Assembly (NCBI GenBank): GCA_030264375.1
Contig: JASCQW010000061.1
Location: forward strand, 123,105,175-123,163,199
DNA length: 58,025 bases
Direction of reading: 5' to 3'
Source: Carcharhinus longimanus
Taxonomy: Eukaryota
Numbering within the stretch: position 1 is the first letter of the stretch; the number at the start of each line of letters is the position of its first letter. Below, one piece after another: positions 24,079-37,560 of this stretch. The notes under the pieces are model-generated. The model was not told the origin of the DNA. It saw only the letters and a program-made list of their open reading frames with translations, and made no database searches. The position numbers and the translations under genes were made by a program.

Positions 24079-26144
24079 AAACATTGCATGAGGTCAGCAG
24101 TGAAGTTGAATAAGTCAAGAATTATAAATTTGTGAAGATGAACAAGATACTGAATGAAAAATGTGAAGTTTTCAAACTGGATAGTTTCAAGTATAGATTA
24201 ATTGGGTCTGAATTTCAACCTTTCAGTATTGTGGTGTATACTGTTCTTCTGTTTTTTCATTATCTAATAGATCTTAAATATTTCAAAATTCAATGATAAA
24301 TTAACAGCAATTAAATAACCAGACCCATTATCCAGCAGACCTGCAATGGATGTGATCATGAATCTGTTTTGTTGCATTCCTGCCTCCTGTTTCTCTTCAG
24401 GAATGTCGACCGAGTAACCTACTGTCATAACCCCTGCAGAAAACCATAGCTTCTAAAATAAAAGAGATTTGAATTCCTCGTGACTGACTTGAAGAAATCA
24501 CACAACATTCCAAGTTTTAAGACTTTTAATGTAACAAACAAAATCAAATCAGTATTGAATAAATGTTACCAAGTCGACCACTCTGTAAAGTTGTCTCTTA
24601 ATTGCTCCTTAACAGAACATATTCCAAGCCGTGTTTATACATTGGGATACACTCTCAGCAGGTTGATAGGATGGGATTTGCCACCCGGATTCACTGCTGG
24701 GATCATCTGGTCCCACCGAAAATCAATGTACTTTTGGTTCGCCTTCCCCATCCCCCAAGATGGGTCCCACCTTAGTGAGGACAGAAAGTCATGGCCATGG
24801 TCTTTACAGGAACTGGCCCAAAGTTATTCCCAGCTTTGAACAGGCTTATTTCTCCATATTTCGTTCACTCAGTCTTCTGAGGCTTCCTGAACCGATTTCC
24901 AGTCGTAAGACTCACGCTGGTGATTTTTTCTCTGGGCTATACCGGGGCAAAATTTTGAGTGCCCTTAAATTTTCATGGGTATTATCTCTCCGATCAGAGA
25001 AAACGTTCCCATCCATATTCTACTTCATGGCTAATGGAAAAAAAAACTTTTCTCCTCAATCTACAATGACTGACGTTTTCCTGTCCTTCACTCTCTCTCT
25101 CTCTCTCTCCAGCTTTTTTTAAAAAACAGACTGTCTGAGAGTTTTTAATTCTACCCATAACAAAACTAGTTGTCCTGCCCTTTGTTTTTAGGTGTTAAAC
25201 TTGGTACTTGGATTTCAATAGCATTTGATCAAAGTCCCATATTAACAAAGTCAGACAGACCTATCACTGGGCAGAACTGGTGGCAAGTCACATGTCCCTT
25301 TTCATTACCCCATTTTACCCTGAATTAAAGAGACAGTTCAAAACATAACCAACATATAGTTGTTGTAACTCAATAATATTAATGTTGAATGAATGGGCCG
25401 ATGCAGCTATAGAAATCACATGAAAACTGTGAAAATTTGTGCAATTTCTGTTTCATGTGACTGTACTGATAATATAGTTCAGTTCTTTGGAGCAATCCTA
25501 AAGTATTTGAGATTCCAGATCTGGTCTGCCTAAATTATCCCTCAAACATGAGTTAAATTATTGACAATCAATATCTCTAAATCAATGGGAAAATAAGTTA
25601 ACTAGTATAATGCAGATAGAAATTTATGCAAAGTTGTGGAATTTATAACATCTTTTCTTAGTACCTTCATTTTTTTGTACCTATGTATCCATTAATAATC
25701 TTCCTCTCCCACTGTCACAATCAATCGTGGTGAACAAACAGATTTTGTACGAGAATAAGACATTAAGGTATCAAAGCAAGCTACAGAGTGATGTTGGGCA
25801 CAGGTCCACAATTCTATAAAATTGACTCTGAATCTCAGCAGGGGAGTGTCCTAACTGGGTGTTCAATACCACTCAATACTTGTTGTGTCCAAGTATGCAT
25901 CATGAATTTGAAGTATTAACTTCAACCAGATGCCACTGTCTTCTCAGTATCTTTCAAGATAAGGGCCCATGAAATGAGACAAGGCATGTAAATGGTTGCC
26001 GGGATTGAGTTATTTAATTTTAACCAGCAAATTTACCATATGATTTGTCTTTATGATATATGACTGACAACTACTCCCAAAGAAAACACATTGTTACAAA
26101 TAGACACGATTTCATGTGTTTAGTTTTATTTGTCATTGAAATTT

Positions 26145-26930
26145 GAGGATCATTGACAAGGCCAACATTTGTTGCCCATCCCTAATTTCCATAGAGCAGC
26201 TGGAGGCGAGCCCTCTTTCTTGAACTGCTGCAGTCCATGAGATATCGGTACATCCATTGTGCTGTTAGGGAGGGTGACCCAGTGACAGTGAAGGAACAAT
26301 GATATAGTTCCAAGTCAGGATGGTGGTTGACTTGGATAGGAACTTGCAGTGTTGATGTTCCCATGTACTTGCTGCTCTTGTACTTTCAGGTGGTAGAAGT
26401 CATGAGTTTAGAAAGTGCTGTTCAAGGAACCTCGGTGAGCTGCTCTGCTGCACCTTATAGATGGTACACACCGCTGTCACTGTGCATTAGTGATGGAAAG
26501 TGTAACCGTTTAATTTGGGGGATGGCTTGCTGATCAATTGGGCTGCTTTGTCTTGGATGATGTCAAGTTTCTTGAGTGTTGTTGGAGCTGCACTCATTCA
26601 GGGAAGTAGATACTATTCCACTGCACTCCTGACTTGTGCTTTGTAGACGATAGATAGGCTCTGAGATGTCAAGGGGTGGTTGCACTCTCAGAATTATCAG
26701 TGTCTGACCTCCTCTTGGAGCCACAGAATTTACAGGGTTAGTTCAGTTCAGTTTCTGATCAGTGGTAACACCCACGATGTAGATGATGCATTAAAGGTAA
26801 TGTTATTGAATGTCAAGGGGTGATGGTTATATTCTGCCTTGTTGAAGCTGGCCATTACCTGGCACTTGTATGGTACAAACATCACTTGCCAATTATCATT
26901 CTACATGTTCCTGCATGCAGGCACAAACTA
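26145..26930 (-). mobile_element. CR1-clade LINE (second family), 3' region
   Basis: Reverse complement of 54560-55260 (cttgaactgctgcagtccat, ttccaagtcaggat, ttcttgagtgttgttggagctgcactc, ttgaatgtcaagggg). A further piece lies at 45270-45540(-). Confidence 0.8.
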
Positions 26931-27895
26931 CTTCAATATCATAATTGAATAATTACAATAAATCAACAGAAATCATGCCTCATTAAAGACTCAGATCATA
27001 ATACTGAACTTTGGACTGTGTGCTTTGTATAATCACAAGAGTATTACTGGGTGTATGCACAGTGGGTGAGATGGGACCAGAGTCTGAGGTGGCAGCAGAA
27101 CAGACATCCTTTTAATGCTCAGAGGAACTCGGCTGTTTCTCAGAGCTTTGCAAAGATAAATTTTCTGCTTATCTTACAAAGCCTCTGCCCCATGTCAGCC
27201 AATGAAAGGACCCACATTTACATATATTTTTATGACTTCCATCTGACTCTGGTTTCAAACAAGCAATAAATAGTTACAGGCAGGAAACAGTCTAAATATA
27301 CTGCCTGTATCATAACTAATGAACTCTCTGTTAAACACAATTCAGCTTTCAGTGCTGTTGCACTCCTGCACTTACAACAGTTCCTAATTAGCCAAAGATT
27401 AAAGCAGGTAACCTCCTATTTCTGCTAAAAACAAGGATTTTCATCTCTTCTCCAGGGTTTGAAATACTTAAATGAGCTTCCAATTAATTCCTGACTAATG
27501 TCTTGCACATGTAATGCTATATTTTCCCATCAGTGGAATTCAGGTATTATCACAAAATGCATTAATTAATTTAAGATGATGCCTTCTGTTGTGACTTTCA
27601 GTTTTGTTCTTTCAGTAAAGCCATTCTTCAAAAAAAATTGGAATGAGACCTGTAATTTCTTCAGACGGAATAGTACTGATGAATAGGAAATTGTCTTTTT
27701 TTTAAACCTTATCCTTCACCTACTATTGATTCACTGAACAACAATTCATTATGTCACATTGCAGTCAGAAGTAATACACTTTTTTCCCTTGAGTTATGTG
27801 TTTTAGTGTCAATCCACACCATTAGAGTGTTTGAAATGTTTTGTATTTCTATCTCCCACTTCATGCTGGTCAGTACAGCAGCAATATGTTGCTTT

Positions 27896-28204
27896 GGGTG
27901 GCATGGTTGCACAGTGGCTAGCACTGCTGCCCCCAAAGTGCCAGGGACCAGGGTTCGATTTGAGCCCGAGGTGACTCTCTATGTGGGGTTTGCATGTTTT
28001 CCTTGTGTTGACATGAGTTTCCCCAGGTGCTCTGATTTCCTTCCACAGTCCAATGTTCTGCAAGTTTGGTGAATTAACCATGGTAAACATTCCAGGTTAT
28101 AGTGATAGGGCCAAAGGGAGTACCTGGGTAAGATGCTCTTTCGGAAAGTTGGTACAGACTCTATGTGTTGAGTGGCCTCCTTCTGCATTGTAGGGATTCT
28201 ATTG
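27896..28204 (+). mobile_element. HE1-type V-SINE (HER1/CR1-type tail)
   Basis: gggtggcatggttgcacagtggctagcactgctgcc..; tail ggcctccttctgcattgtagggattctat. Confidence 0.9.
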
Positions 28205-30229
28205 AGAACTCTTCTCCTACACTCAACACTCCAAAAATGCTGTATAAAATAGACCCCTGTAGCCTCCAGAGAATGAACTGTGGACAGAAGTCAGGCAAAG
28301 ACATGTGCACCCCACACTACATAACCTCATTCTTGACTTATGCAATGGGAATCTTGTGCTTTCCTTCAACCACACCCTCGTTTCCTCCCACACCACTGTG
28401 GCCTCCTCATATTTCAACCTGCCATCTCAACCTGCTGTTGCTGCAATTTCCTTGAACATCGTACAATCACCCTAGACAACCATCACCCTCTGGCCTCTTC
28501 TGGTTGTCCTCAACCTGCCCATTATCACCCTTTACCTTCTATTCATTACCTTCACAATGCCTCAATCACCTTCAAATCCCCCCACCATTATCCTTGAACT
28601 CGTCCTGGTCACCCTCCAACCAACACCCTTGACTTGCCCTTGGTGACCCAAGACACTCCCTCTGTCAGCCCTGGCCTGCTATATATTATGTTTGATCCAA
28701 TTTGACCTCCCTCCATCCACTTTGACCTTCCCACTGTCATCCTTCCCTCTGTCAGCCGTGACCCTCTTTTATTTAAACCCTTCCCTGGATAGCCCCAACC
28801 TTCCATCCAAGAAGCATCTCAATTTTCTCTGCCCTATTTCAATGACCTTCTCTAAACATGAAAAATAATTCTTAAACGTACACTAAAACTAACCTCATCA
28901 GTTCTGTGCCAGCTTTCGCTGGTTGTGAAAGTGAAGGCCTGTGATTCCTGTTGCACTCAGACCTGATCCCAAAAGTAACATTTAATCTGAAAATCTTGTG
29001 TTTTAATTAGCACTTATGACTTGTTAATGCATTGCTATTAGGAACCTGCAGTTTGACATTGGGAATCCCAATTCCCCTTCCAAGCTGCTGTGACTTCATT
29101 TTGCTATTTTTTCCTTGCTGGTTAGGAAGCTGACATTTCAACTCCTGTTCAAGTGAGTTCCCCAGCCTACCTCTTTCCCTGCACCCCTGGGCACCATTGA
29201 TGCCATGGTCACTTTAATTGATACGAGCTTATATTTTAATTGTATTCAAATTCTTAAATTGCCGCAACTTGAACTCGTGCTTTTGAGATTATTATTGCAA
29301 GCCTCTGGAATGGTGACCCAGTGACATAAACACTATCCTGTCGTATCAGAAAGATGATGGTTGGAAATGGATTCTGAGAAGGGCCAAAAGGAAAGAGGAA
29401 GAGAAAAGGGTTAAGATGGTTAGATAGTAGCAGAGGGTAGGCATCATGATGCATGGGTATAGGAGTATCTGTAATTGTCATAAATTCTGTTCAAACGAAT
29501 CTCTGACCTTCGTTCAGTCAGTTCTGGAGGAGATATTGATCTGTGACATTTGCTACCCCAACTGATCTCCCCCAATTGTGCACTGTCTTGTCCTGCAGAA
29601 AGAGTGAGCAAGAAAGTGGAGGTGATGGTCGAGTTGTATTTGAGCTGGACTATTAATCCAGGTTGAAGGATGCAGTGGAGGAAAGGGGAACGCTGGACAA
29701 GGAGACAACCACGATTACCATGTGTTGCTGATGGAGACAGAGAAATGAAGAGTCCGCTCAGACCCCTTACTCTTATGAGATCATTGAAGGTCATAAATGA
29801 GCTTGAACAGTTAAATGATATATTCCTTTCTCATGGCCAGTAAAGGCATATCATATTAATAATTTCAAACCTGGACTGTGTTGCTGTGGAAGCCTCTGGA
29901 ATTTATTTTATATTTTACAACGGTCAGTGACAAAATGGCCAGGCTGGCAGCCAAAGGGTCAAGTGACCACTGCAGCCTCAGCACTAAATATCTCAAGCTT
30001 CCACAAAGGTCCTATTTGAGTCATCCAGGCTGAAGGACTGCCCCTTAAATCTGAATGTCCAGACACAGCTTCTTTTGGAATTCACACCTGCCATGGTTTG
30101 AAGTATACTCCAAACATAGAATTACTGGACCTCTGGAATTCCTTTCTCCAAGGTCAAAGTTACACACAAGAGAGCTGGCAAGATTAGCTGTCTGGAGGCT
30201 GTGTTTGAAAGATCACCATCTATCTCCTA

Positions 30230-31134
30230 TTTGGGAGTGCAGAAAAGAGATAGAGAATCTGGTGAACTGGTGTGACGACAATAATCTTTCTCTCAATGTC
30301 AACAAAATGAAGGAGATTATCATCAACTTCAGGAAGCGTAGTGGAAGATATACCCCTTTCTCCATCAATGGGGACAAAGTAGAAATGGTCAAGAGCTCTA
30401 AGTTTTTGGTGTCCAGATCAACAACTGTTCTGATCCCGCATGCCAACATCATAGTTTAAGAAAGCCCAACAATGCCTCTGCTTTCTCAGAAGATGAAGGA
30501 AATTTGGTACGTCCACTACAACTATCGGCAACTTTTACAGACGTATCACAGAAAGCATTCTTTCTGGTTGTATCGCAGCTCTGTCCAAGACTGCAAGAAA
30601 CTACAAATGGTCTGAAACAAAGCTCAGTCCATCACTCAAACGAGCCTCCCATCCATTGACTCTGTCTACACTTCCCACTGCCTCAGAAAAGCAGCCAGCA
30701 TAATTAAGGACCCCATGCANNNNNNNNNNNNNNNNNNNNNNNNNNNNNNNNNNNNNNNNNNNNNNNNNNNNNNNNNNNNNNNNNNNNNNNNNNNNNNNNN
30801 NNNNNNNNNNNNNNNNNNNAGCCTCCCATCCATTGACTCTGTCTACACTTCCCACTGCCTCAGAAAAGCAGCCAGCATAATTAAGGACCCCATGCATCTC
30901 TCTTCCACCTTCTTTCATCAGGAAAAAGATACAAAAGTCTGAAGCCACAAAACAACCAACTCAAGAATAGCTCCTGCCCTGCTGCCATCAGACTTTTGAA
31001 TGAACCTACCTTGCATTAAGTTGATCTTTGTCTACACCCTAGCTATGATTTTAACAGCGCACTCTCTCATTTCCCTCTCTATGAATGGCATCTTTAGTCT
31101 ATATACTGATTATTGTGAAAATAATAAATCAAAT
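30230..31134 (+). mobile_element. Rex1/Babar-like LINE, RT C-terminus to 3' end
   Basis: KEIENLVNWCDDNNLSLNVNKMKEIIINFRK..VEMVKSSKFL and SLPSIDSVYTSHCLRKAASIIKDP. Ends ttgtgaaaataataaatcaaat. Confidence 0.9.
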
Positions 31135-31280
31135 ATTATGTACAATGTCTTCAGAAGTGTAAACAACTTTGGTTAAACAATACTAGTATTGGTGATGTAA
31201 CTGAAACCAGCTGAAGATGAGATTCTCAAGTCTCCCAGCTGCATGCTTCCCGCAGATAGGATGTGGTACATTTTTTGCTT

Positions 31281-31423
31281 GGGGCGGGATTCTCTGGTCT
31301 TGCTGCTGTTATTGGGAATTCCCATTGATGTTACCCCATGCCAGTGGGAAACCTGCAGGCAGGGGCGCACTGCTGGTGGCACCAGAGAATCCTGCTGGCG
31401 TGAGCAGCCAGAGAATTCCGGCT
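31281..31423. mobile_element. Harbinger-type MITE
   Basis: ggggcgggattctctgg ... ccagagaattccggc TIRs; internal cccattga..tgccagtgggaaacc shared with 38615-38870. Confidence 0.7.
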
Positions 31424-33049
31424 TATGAGTTTTGGTCTAAGAGCCCAGAAAAGATGTGGTGAGTCTGAAGAGAAACACTGAGGACACAGCTGTTGCAGTC
31501 TGAGCTTTTTAAACATCTGGAGGCTGTCAAGTGTTTAATGTTAAACCCAGCCTGATTTTTAAGTCCACACGTCAAGAAATTGGACCTCTAGATACAAAAG
31601 TCTTAAGTGTCAACTTCATGATCTGCTGAACATTTATCTCCATGTGGCATCCTACAATAATCCTCATATCTGAACTCATCCAAGTGGCAATTCAAGAGTG
31701 GAAAAGACTTCCTTCTTCTTTGGACCTGCAAAACCCGTTTTCCTACAGCAGGCTAACTACTTGAACTATGAACTATTCATTTCTTTGCAACATGTCAGAG
31801 TGCTCTATTCACTCTTTTTTTATTTTCTCAGCTGTGTAGGTGCATGAGTGCTGGATGATTGATTGAAGTATTTAGACTTGGGGTGAGCGTCTGATTAAAT
31901 AATGGTTATTTTGAAACCCATGAATGTCTGATGCTATTTTCTCAAATGGAAACATTGCTAAAGGGGGCCTCTACCCACATGCATCTACCTTTCCAAAGCA
32001 ACCACACTGACCGCAGACTGCAAGAGAAGGGAATTGGAGCATTCAGTCAATTTCTCCCCCCCACTGTCCCCAACAGTTTGAGCAGAGTTTCAATAAACTG
32101 AATGCCTCTATATCCAAAGAAACTCATTTGTTTTCAATCAATGTGCTTCTGCCCTCTCTTCAACCTCAGTTTAATAATTAGTCATGGTTATGAACAACAT
32201 CATAAATTGCTCTCGAACAGAATCATTATTTTCCCATTTACTTCATGTTCCAATCGCACTTTTTTTTTCCATTCATTTAATTATATTAAAGTTACTCAAT
32301 GATTCTTGCTGACTATTTTCCAATGGACCCCTAGTAGTAGAATTTCTGTCTGTAAAATGTCACAATCAAAATTTAAAAAGCTAATACAGAATACCATTGG
32401 TGAATCTTTACCTGTGTGACTCCCAGATCGTGCTATCAGCTTGAAACTTTTCAGTTGTGTATACAATTTGCCTTATAGAATTAACTGGGATTAATAGTTG
32501 TCCCACTATTTTATTTTCGATTTAAAAAAAATCACAGCTTATGTTACTTACTACACATGACAGGGAAAGATGCATTTAACAAGGACTGACTCTCTCTTTG
32601 ATCTAGGTGATTGATGGGGGAAGTTGCTTTTGGACAGTAGTGGCTAAGTCATGGATTTCCCATAATGCATCCTTCACCAATCCTGCCTAATCCCCGTTAA
32701 TTCTACGAGACAAATTAGGTGCACAAATGACAAGGTTTGAGCTGATAACACTGTCTGTGAGACACATAAGAGGAGCTTTACCAATAATAATCCATAATTA
32801 CAAAGCCAAAGATCAATTATTCACAACTGCCTGACTTTTGGAACTGATGTGAAAGGGCAATATTGCAGGAGGTTTCTTTCACTGTGGACTTGTCTTTGAT
32901 TGATTCCTTCCATTTTTAATTTTAACCACTCTGTGGACCATCTTCACTATTAATCACCACGTTTAATTGAACCAGTAGATTGCTGGTGGAGATGACAGAT
33001 TAGGAAAGATGAATTTTGTTGGCAATTGTTTCTGTAATTTATTACATAT

Positions 33050-33720
33050 CTTTCAGGATGGGAAGGTGCAAAAATTAGATGTCTAATTTTAAACCTGCCC
33101 CTCTGTCAGAATGGGGAGGGTTTGCAGTTAAAATGGTGGGTAGAAGTTGTCTATTGTATTCCTGGTACATTCCTGCCCATTGATGTTTTAACTACGGAGT
33201 TGTTAGTTGCAGGAGAAGTACTTGTCTTGAGTAGGCAGAGTGTCTTTGAACTGTAGAGTTATTCTATGATTCTCTGATTCTATGCTCATTTCTGCTGAGC
33301 TTGTGTTCAGTGGATTGTTGGATCGTTTTGTTCTATTGTTCCAGATTCCAGATGCTTTGTTTACATGTTGTGCTGTACTCTGGTTATCATGGATTTATTA
33401 GTGCTTGTTTGTTCCAGCTGGATGAGCACGGTGGGATGAAGAGCNNNNNNNNNNNNNNTCGCTAAACTTGGGGTGATTCGAGGGTAGTAAAGGGTGAAGA
33501 GACACAGGGTGTACAGGCCATGAATCACTTTGTTGGATCTGTCTGAAGACAGATGTCTCAGGAGGCAGTAGGGAGGTTGTCTTAGATACCTGCAACCAAC
33601 TGTACCATGGTCTGTCACTTGCTCAACAAATGGGCCATGTTTTTCCAGTGGTTGTTGTAGTCAGTTCAATCATTAGTGTCTCTTTCACTGGCTCCATCCA
33701 GTCTGCTGCAGGGGACAGCT
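33050..33720 (+). pseudogene. Harbinger remnant including the transposase N-terminus
   Basis: HRVYRP*ITLLDLSEDRCLRR at ~33503-33566 matches the RVYR..FLDLSE.QC.RR start of HARBI1-like transposases. Confidence 0.6.
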
Positions 33721-33756
33721 CCTTGTCTGCAGAACACAGTTACATTACATTTTAGG

Positions 33757-34005
33757 AGAGGCAGTGGTGTCGTGGTTTGTTGCTGAACTAGTAATTAGGA
33801 AAGCCAGGATAATATTCTGGGGAGCTGGGTTCAAATCCCACCTTGGCAGATGGTGAAATTTGAATTCAATAAAATTCTGCAACTAAAAGTCTAAAGATGG
33901 CTATGATACCATTGTCAATTGTTGTAAAAATCCATCTGGTCCACTAATGACCTTTTGGGAAGGAAATCTGCTTTCCTTGTCTGGACTGGCTGACACGTGA
34001 CTCCA
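33757..34005 (+). mobile_element. tRNA-derived SINE of a different family (non-HE1)
   Basis: A/B-box-like ggtgtcgtggtt..gggttcaaatccc; body ggtgaaatttgaattcaataaa..ggaaggaaatctgc..cctt..ctgg.ctggc..gtgactcca. A second fragment lies at ~21062-21170. Confidence 0.75.
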
Positions 34006-34689
34006 NNNNNNNNNNNNNNNNNNNNNNNNNNNNNNNNNNNNNNNNNNNNNNNNNNNNNNNNNNNNNNNNNNNNNNNNNNNNNNNNNNNNNNNNNNNNNNN
34101 NNNNNNNNNNNNNNNNNNNNNNNNNNNNNNNNNNNNNNNNNNNNNNNNNNNNNNNNNNNNNNNNNNNNNNNNNNNNNNNNNNNNNNNNNNNNNNNNNNNN
34201 NNNNNNNNNNNNNNNNNNNNNNNNNNNNNNNNNNNNNNNNNNNNNNNNNNNNNNNNNNNNNNNNNNNNNNNNNNNNNNNNNNNNNNNNNNNNNNNNNNNN
34301 NNNNNNNNNNNNNNNNNNNNNNNNNNNNNNNNNNNNNNNNNNNNNNNNNNNNNNNNNNNNNNNTAACCAACATCTCTGGAGGGACAAACAGAGCTCGGAA
34401 GAATTGTATTGGTCCCCATGAGGTGGGATTAAGACCGCAGGCGGGTGATAAACTCACGAAAGTCGAGGTGAGTCAGCTCCCCAACCATGTCCCGCTGTTG
34501 GGGGAATTTTCCCGGCAGCTGGAATGGAATAGCTGCCTGCCGCAAGATGGCAGTCAGCCAATTTAGATACGCAAAGGTCTCATTAAGGGCTATTTTATCA
34601 ATGTTTTGCTGGTGGAGATTGAGGAAATTTTTCATTCAATGATCTGTTACAATCGAAATACGTTCTACACTGTAACAACTTACTGATTC

Positions 34690-34872
34690 TATAACATCTT
34701 CAAAGAATTATGAAAATTAGATATTCTCTGTCAATAGTGTCCTGGATTTCAGGGAATTGGGGATTACGGGAAGGTTGCAGCAAGGTAAGAGATGAAGGTA
34801 AAGATCACCCATAATTTTACTGAATGGTGAAGCAGGCACAGAAGGTTGAATAGCCGTTTTTCTTGTGTTTTA
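34690..34872 (+). mobile_element. CR1-type LINE 3' tail, old
   Basis: gggaattggggattacggg..agatcacccataattttactgaatggtgaagcaggc..ttcttgtgtt. Confidence 0.65.
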
Positions 34873-35699
34873 AGTATTTTTGCTTCTGACTCTGTTCTAT
34901 AAATTTTGTTTTACATTACAGTAAGCGCATAACTTATCATTTACTGTGGTACATGCTGCCTCAGTATAGAAACAAGATTAGCATTTCTATTTCTTCCTTG
35001 TTGCTATAGTAATGCAAATCTAAGCAAAAAGGTAAAGGATGCTGGGTAAAGGTGACCATCTAAGTGACCTTAAACCATTCCATAAATATCCTTCCCATCT
35101 CCTTTTTATCCCAAAATTGTCATATGAAGCGCTTCTCACTTTCTGCAGCTCTTGCCAGTGTACGTGCCAATGTCTGATGGACAATACTTAATGAGTCAGA
35201 GCCCATCCTCAATAAGGGAGCCACTTCTGGAGGACAGGCTACAGGACCATGAAGACTATCTCATTCTATATCCTACCTTTTCACTCTCTAACTGGTCCCT
35301 GTGAATGTCAGCTTCTCTCCCTCAAGCATCAGACCAGGGAGTTCCACATGAGCTGAAATAAATGTTACTGCTGGAAGTATTCAGCATGAGGGTGTGAAGG
35401 AAGAAAGGTCAAATGATATGCAAATAATGCAGGAATATTAGGTTAAAAGTTAGTTTGGATAAACTCACAGGAAAACACATTTTAACAGGAACCAAATCAA
35501 GCTTGCATAAACAGCAAGGTTAGTTCCCTTCTCAATGATGGGAAGTTGCTAATAAGATTTACATATACCTTAGGGTTCCTTGCTATGATACCAGAACATA
35601 AGCGACATACTACCTCTGATATGTAAAACCACAAACTAGTTAAGCTAGGCCCTTTTGTTTTTAAACAAGTGCAAAATTTGGACAAATAAACCATTTAAG

Positions 35700-37560
35700 A
35701 AATGGTGGTAGCAGCCTACCATCTCATAAGATGATGGTTTGCATTATCCTGGTCAACTCTGCATTAAGCATCACCTATATGGTGTCAGGTGCCCCACTCT
35801 GGCGTAACAATCTCTGCCACATTTGCTGTGGAGAAAGACAGTGACCTGGAAAGATGCAGTAATCACTGGCTCTGTTTTCTCTGAGTCCTCTCCTTGGTCA
35901 GCTGAGCTTTTTGTTTATGTTTGTCTCTTCCAATGCCCTTCCACTAAGCCTGTCTCTAGAAATTACAACTGTCAGTTATCTCCGAGTTGTGAGTGTCAAT
36001 GCCCATCACCTTCATTTCTTGTTTCAGGTGACCTTGTTACAGAAGTACGGATGTCAAAGAGGTTATGATCCAGGGACTCATCTACTTTACTGTCTTTGGA
36101 CCTAGACTGCCATCTATCTGTTGAATATGGCTAACAACACCAGGTTAAAGTCTAACAAGTTTACTCGGTAGCTTTTGGAACGCTGCCCCTTCATCATGTG
36201 AGTGGGAGTTTGNNNNNNNNNNNNNNNNNNNNNNNNNNNNNNNNNNNNNNNNNNNNNNNNNNNNNNNNNNNNNNNNNNNNNNNNNNNNNNNNNNNNNNNN
36301 NNNNNNNNNNNNCAGAGAAAGACGCCAAACTCAATTTGCAAAATAATGTTTGGAATACGAGTCTTTACAGGTAATCATTTCTTAAAGGTACAGGCAATGT
36401 GAGTGGAGAAAGGGTTAAACACAGGTTGAAGGGATGTGTATTGTCTCCAGACAGGACAGTCAGTGAGATTTTTCATGACACAGGACAGCGCAGAGTCGCT
36501 GAGCACAGACTGATAGCCAAGTTCCACACACATGAGGACGGCCTCAACCGGGACCTTGGGTTCATGTCACACTATCTGCAGCCTCCAAGCCTAGGCTTGC
36601 AAAACCTCACGAACTGTCCTGGCTGGAGACATTACGCATCTCTTTAACCTGTGCTTAACCCCCTCTCCATTCACATTGCCTGTAATTTTAAGATTTGATT
36701 ACCTGTAAAGACTCACATTGCAACCGCTATTTTTGTAAACTGTTTGTGTCTTTACATGCCCTGTTTGTGAACAAAACTCCTTCTCACCCGATGAAGGGGC
36801 AGTGCTTCGAAAGCTAGTGACTTGTGCTACCAAATAAACCTGTTGGGCTTTAACCTGGTGTTGTGAGACTTCTTACTGCGTTTACCCCAGTCCAACGCCA
36901 GCATCTCCACATCATGAACATGGCTAAGCCAGGGAAGATGTCATTGGTTTAGCAGTGAGTGTCTGTTGATGGAATTAGCACAATCCAGACTCATGAGTTG
37001 GTGACATTGTACTTCAAGAGATGCAAAGGATATGTCTGATACAGCAAAGGTGAAAATAGTTCAGCTTCTGTCTCTGGCCTAACATACATGTTTTCCAGGT
37101 CTCCCCACTGTGGAGGCACTGAGCAGGCAGGCTTCGTAGAGTTGCTGTTTATTATTTTCAGTCAGGTTGCTGTTTCTCCACACTTTCCTACTCAGTTTGA
37201 ACATAACAGCAGCAGCTTTTGAGGTGTGTGTGTTGATTTCAACAGCAGGTGACAGATTTCTGGTGACTGTGGAACCTAGATATGTGAAGCTATCAACAGT
37301 CTCAACTTTCACATTGTCAATGCTGATCGCTGGCAATATGGCAACATCCTGGACCACCAATCTAATAGTCAACTCAAACTCTTTGCAGATGTGAGAGGGT
37401 GTGTCCGTTTGCTGCTGAATGGAATGTTAGTGCAGCATCACCAATGCACAACAATACTCTGATGAGGAAGTTACACATTTTTTTCCTGGATTTCAGGCAA
37501 GGTGAGACTGAGTAACTTTTCGTCAGTTCTAGCATGTGCTAGAATTGTTCTCACACAAGT
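35700..37560 (-). mobile_element. RTE-clade LINE (RT C-terminus to 3' end), interrupted by a Penelope element
   Basis: PAISIDNVKVETVDSFTYLGSTVT..EINTHTSKAAAVMFKLSRKVW (37079-37372); KLNYFHLCCIRHILCIS (~37015-37070); EMKVMGIDTHN (~35990-36020); C-terminal zinc-finger remnant SKCGRDCYARVG (~35790-35828). Confidence 0.88.
36135..36914 (+). mobile_element. 5'-truncated Penelope-like element with inverted 5' pseudo-LTR and 13-bp TSD
   Basis: TSD tgaatatggctaa (36122-36134) / tgaacatggctaa (36915-36927). 36135-36473 is reverse-complementary to ~36600-36864. GIY-YIG C-terminal remnant QRRVAEHRLIAKFHTHEDGLNRDLGFMSHY. Mutated hammerhead CAC-CCGATGA-AGGGGCAGTGCTTC-GAAA-GCTA-GTG at ~36785-36819. Confidence 0.92.

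Noticed and set aside
30643-30898. Identical ~77-bp tandem duplication in the Rex1-like LINE
   Set aside because: The copies flank a 100-N gap exactly; most likely an assembly artefact.
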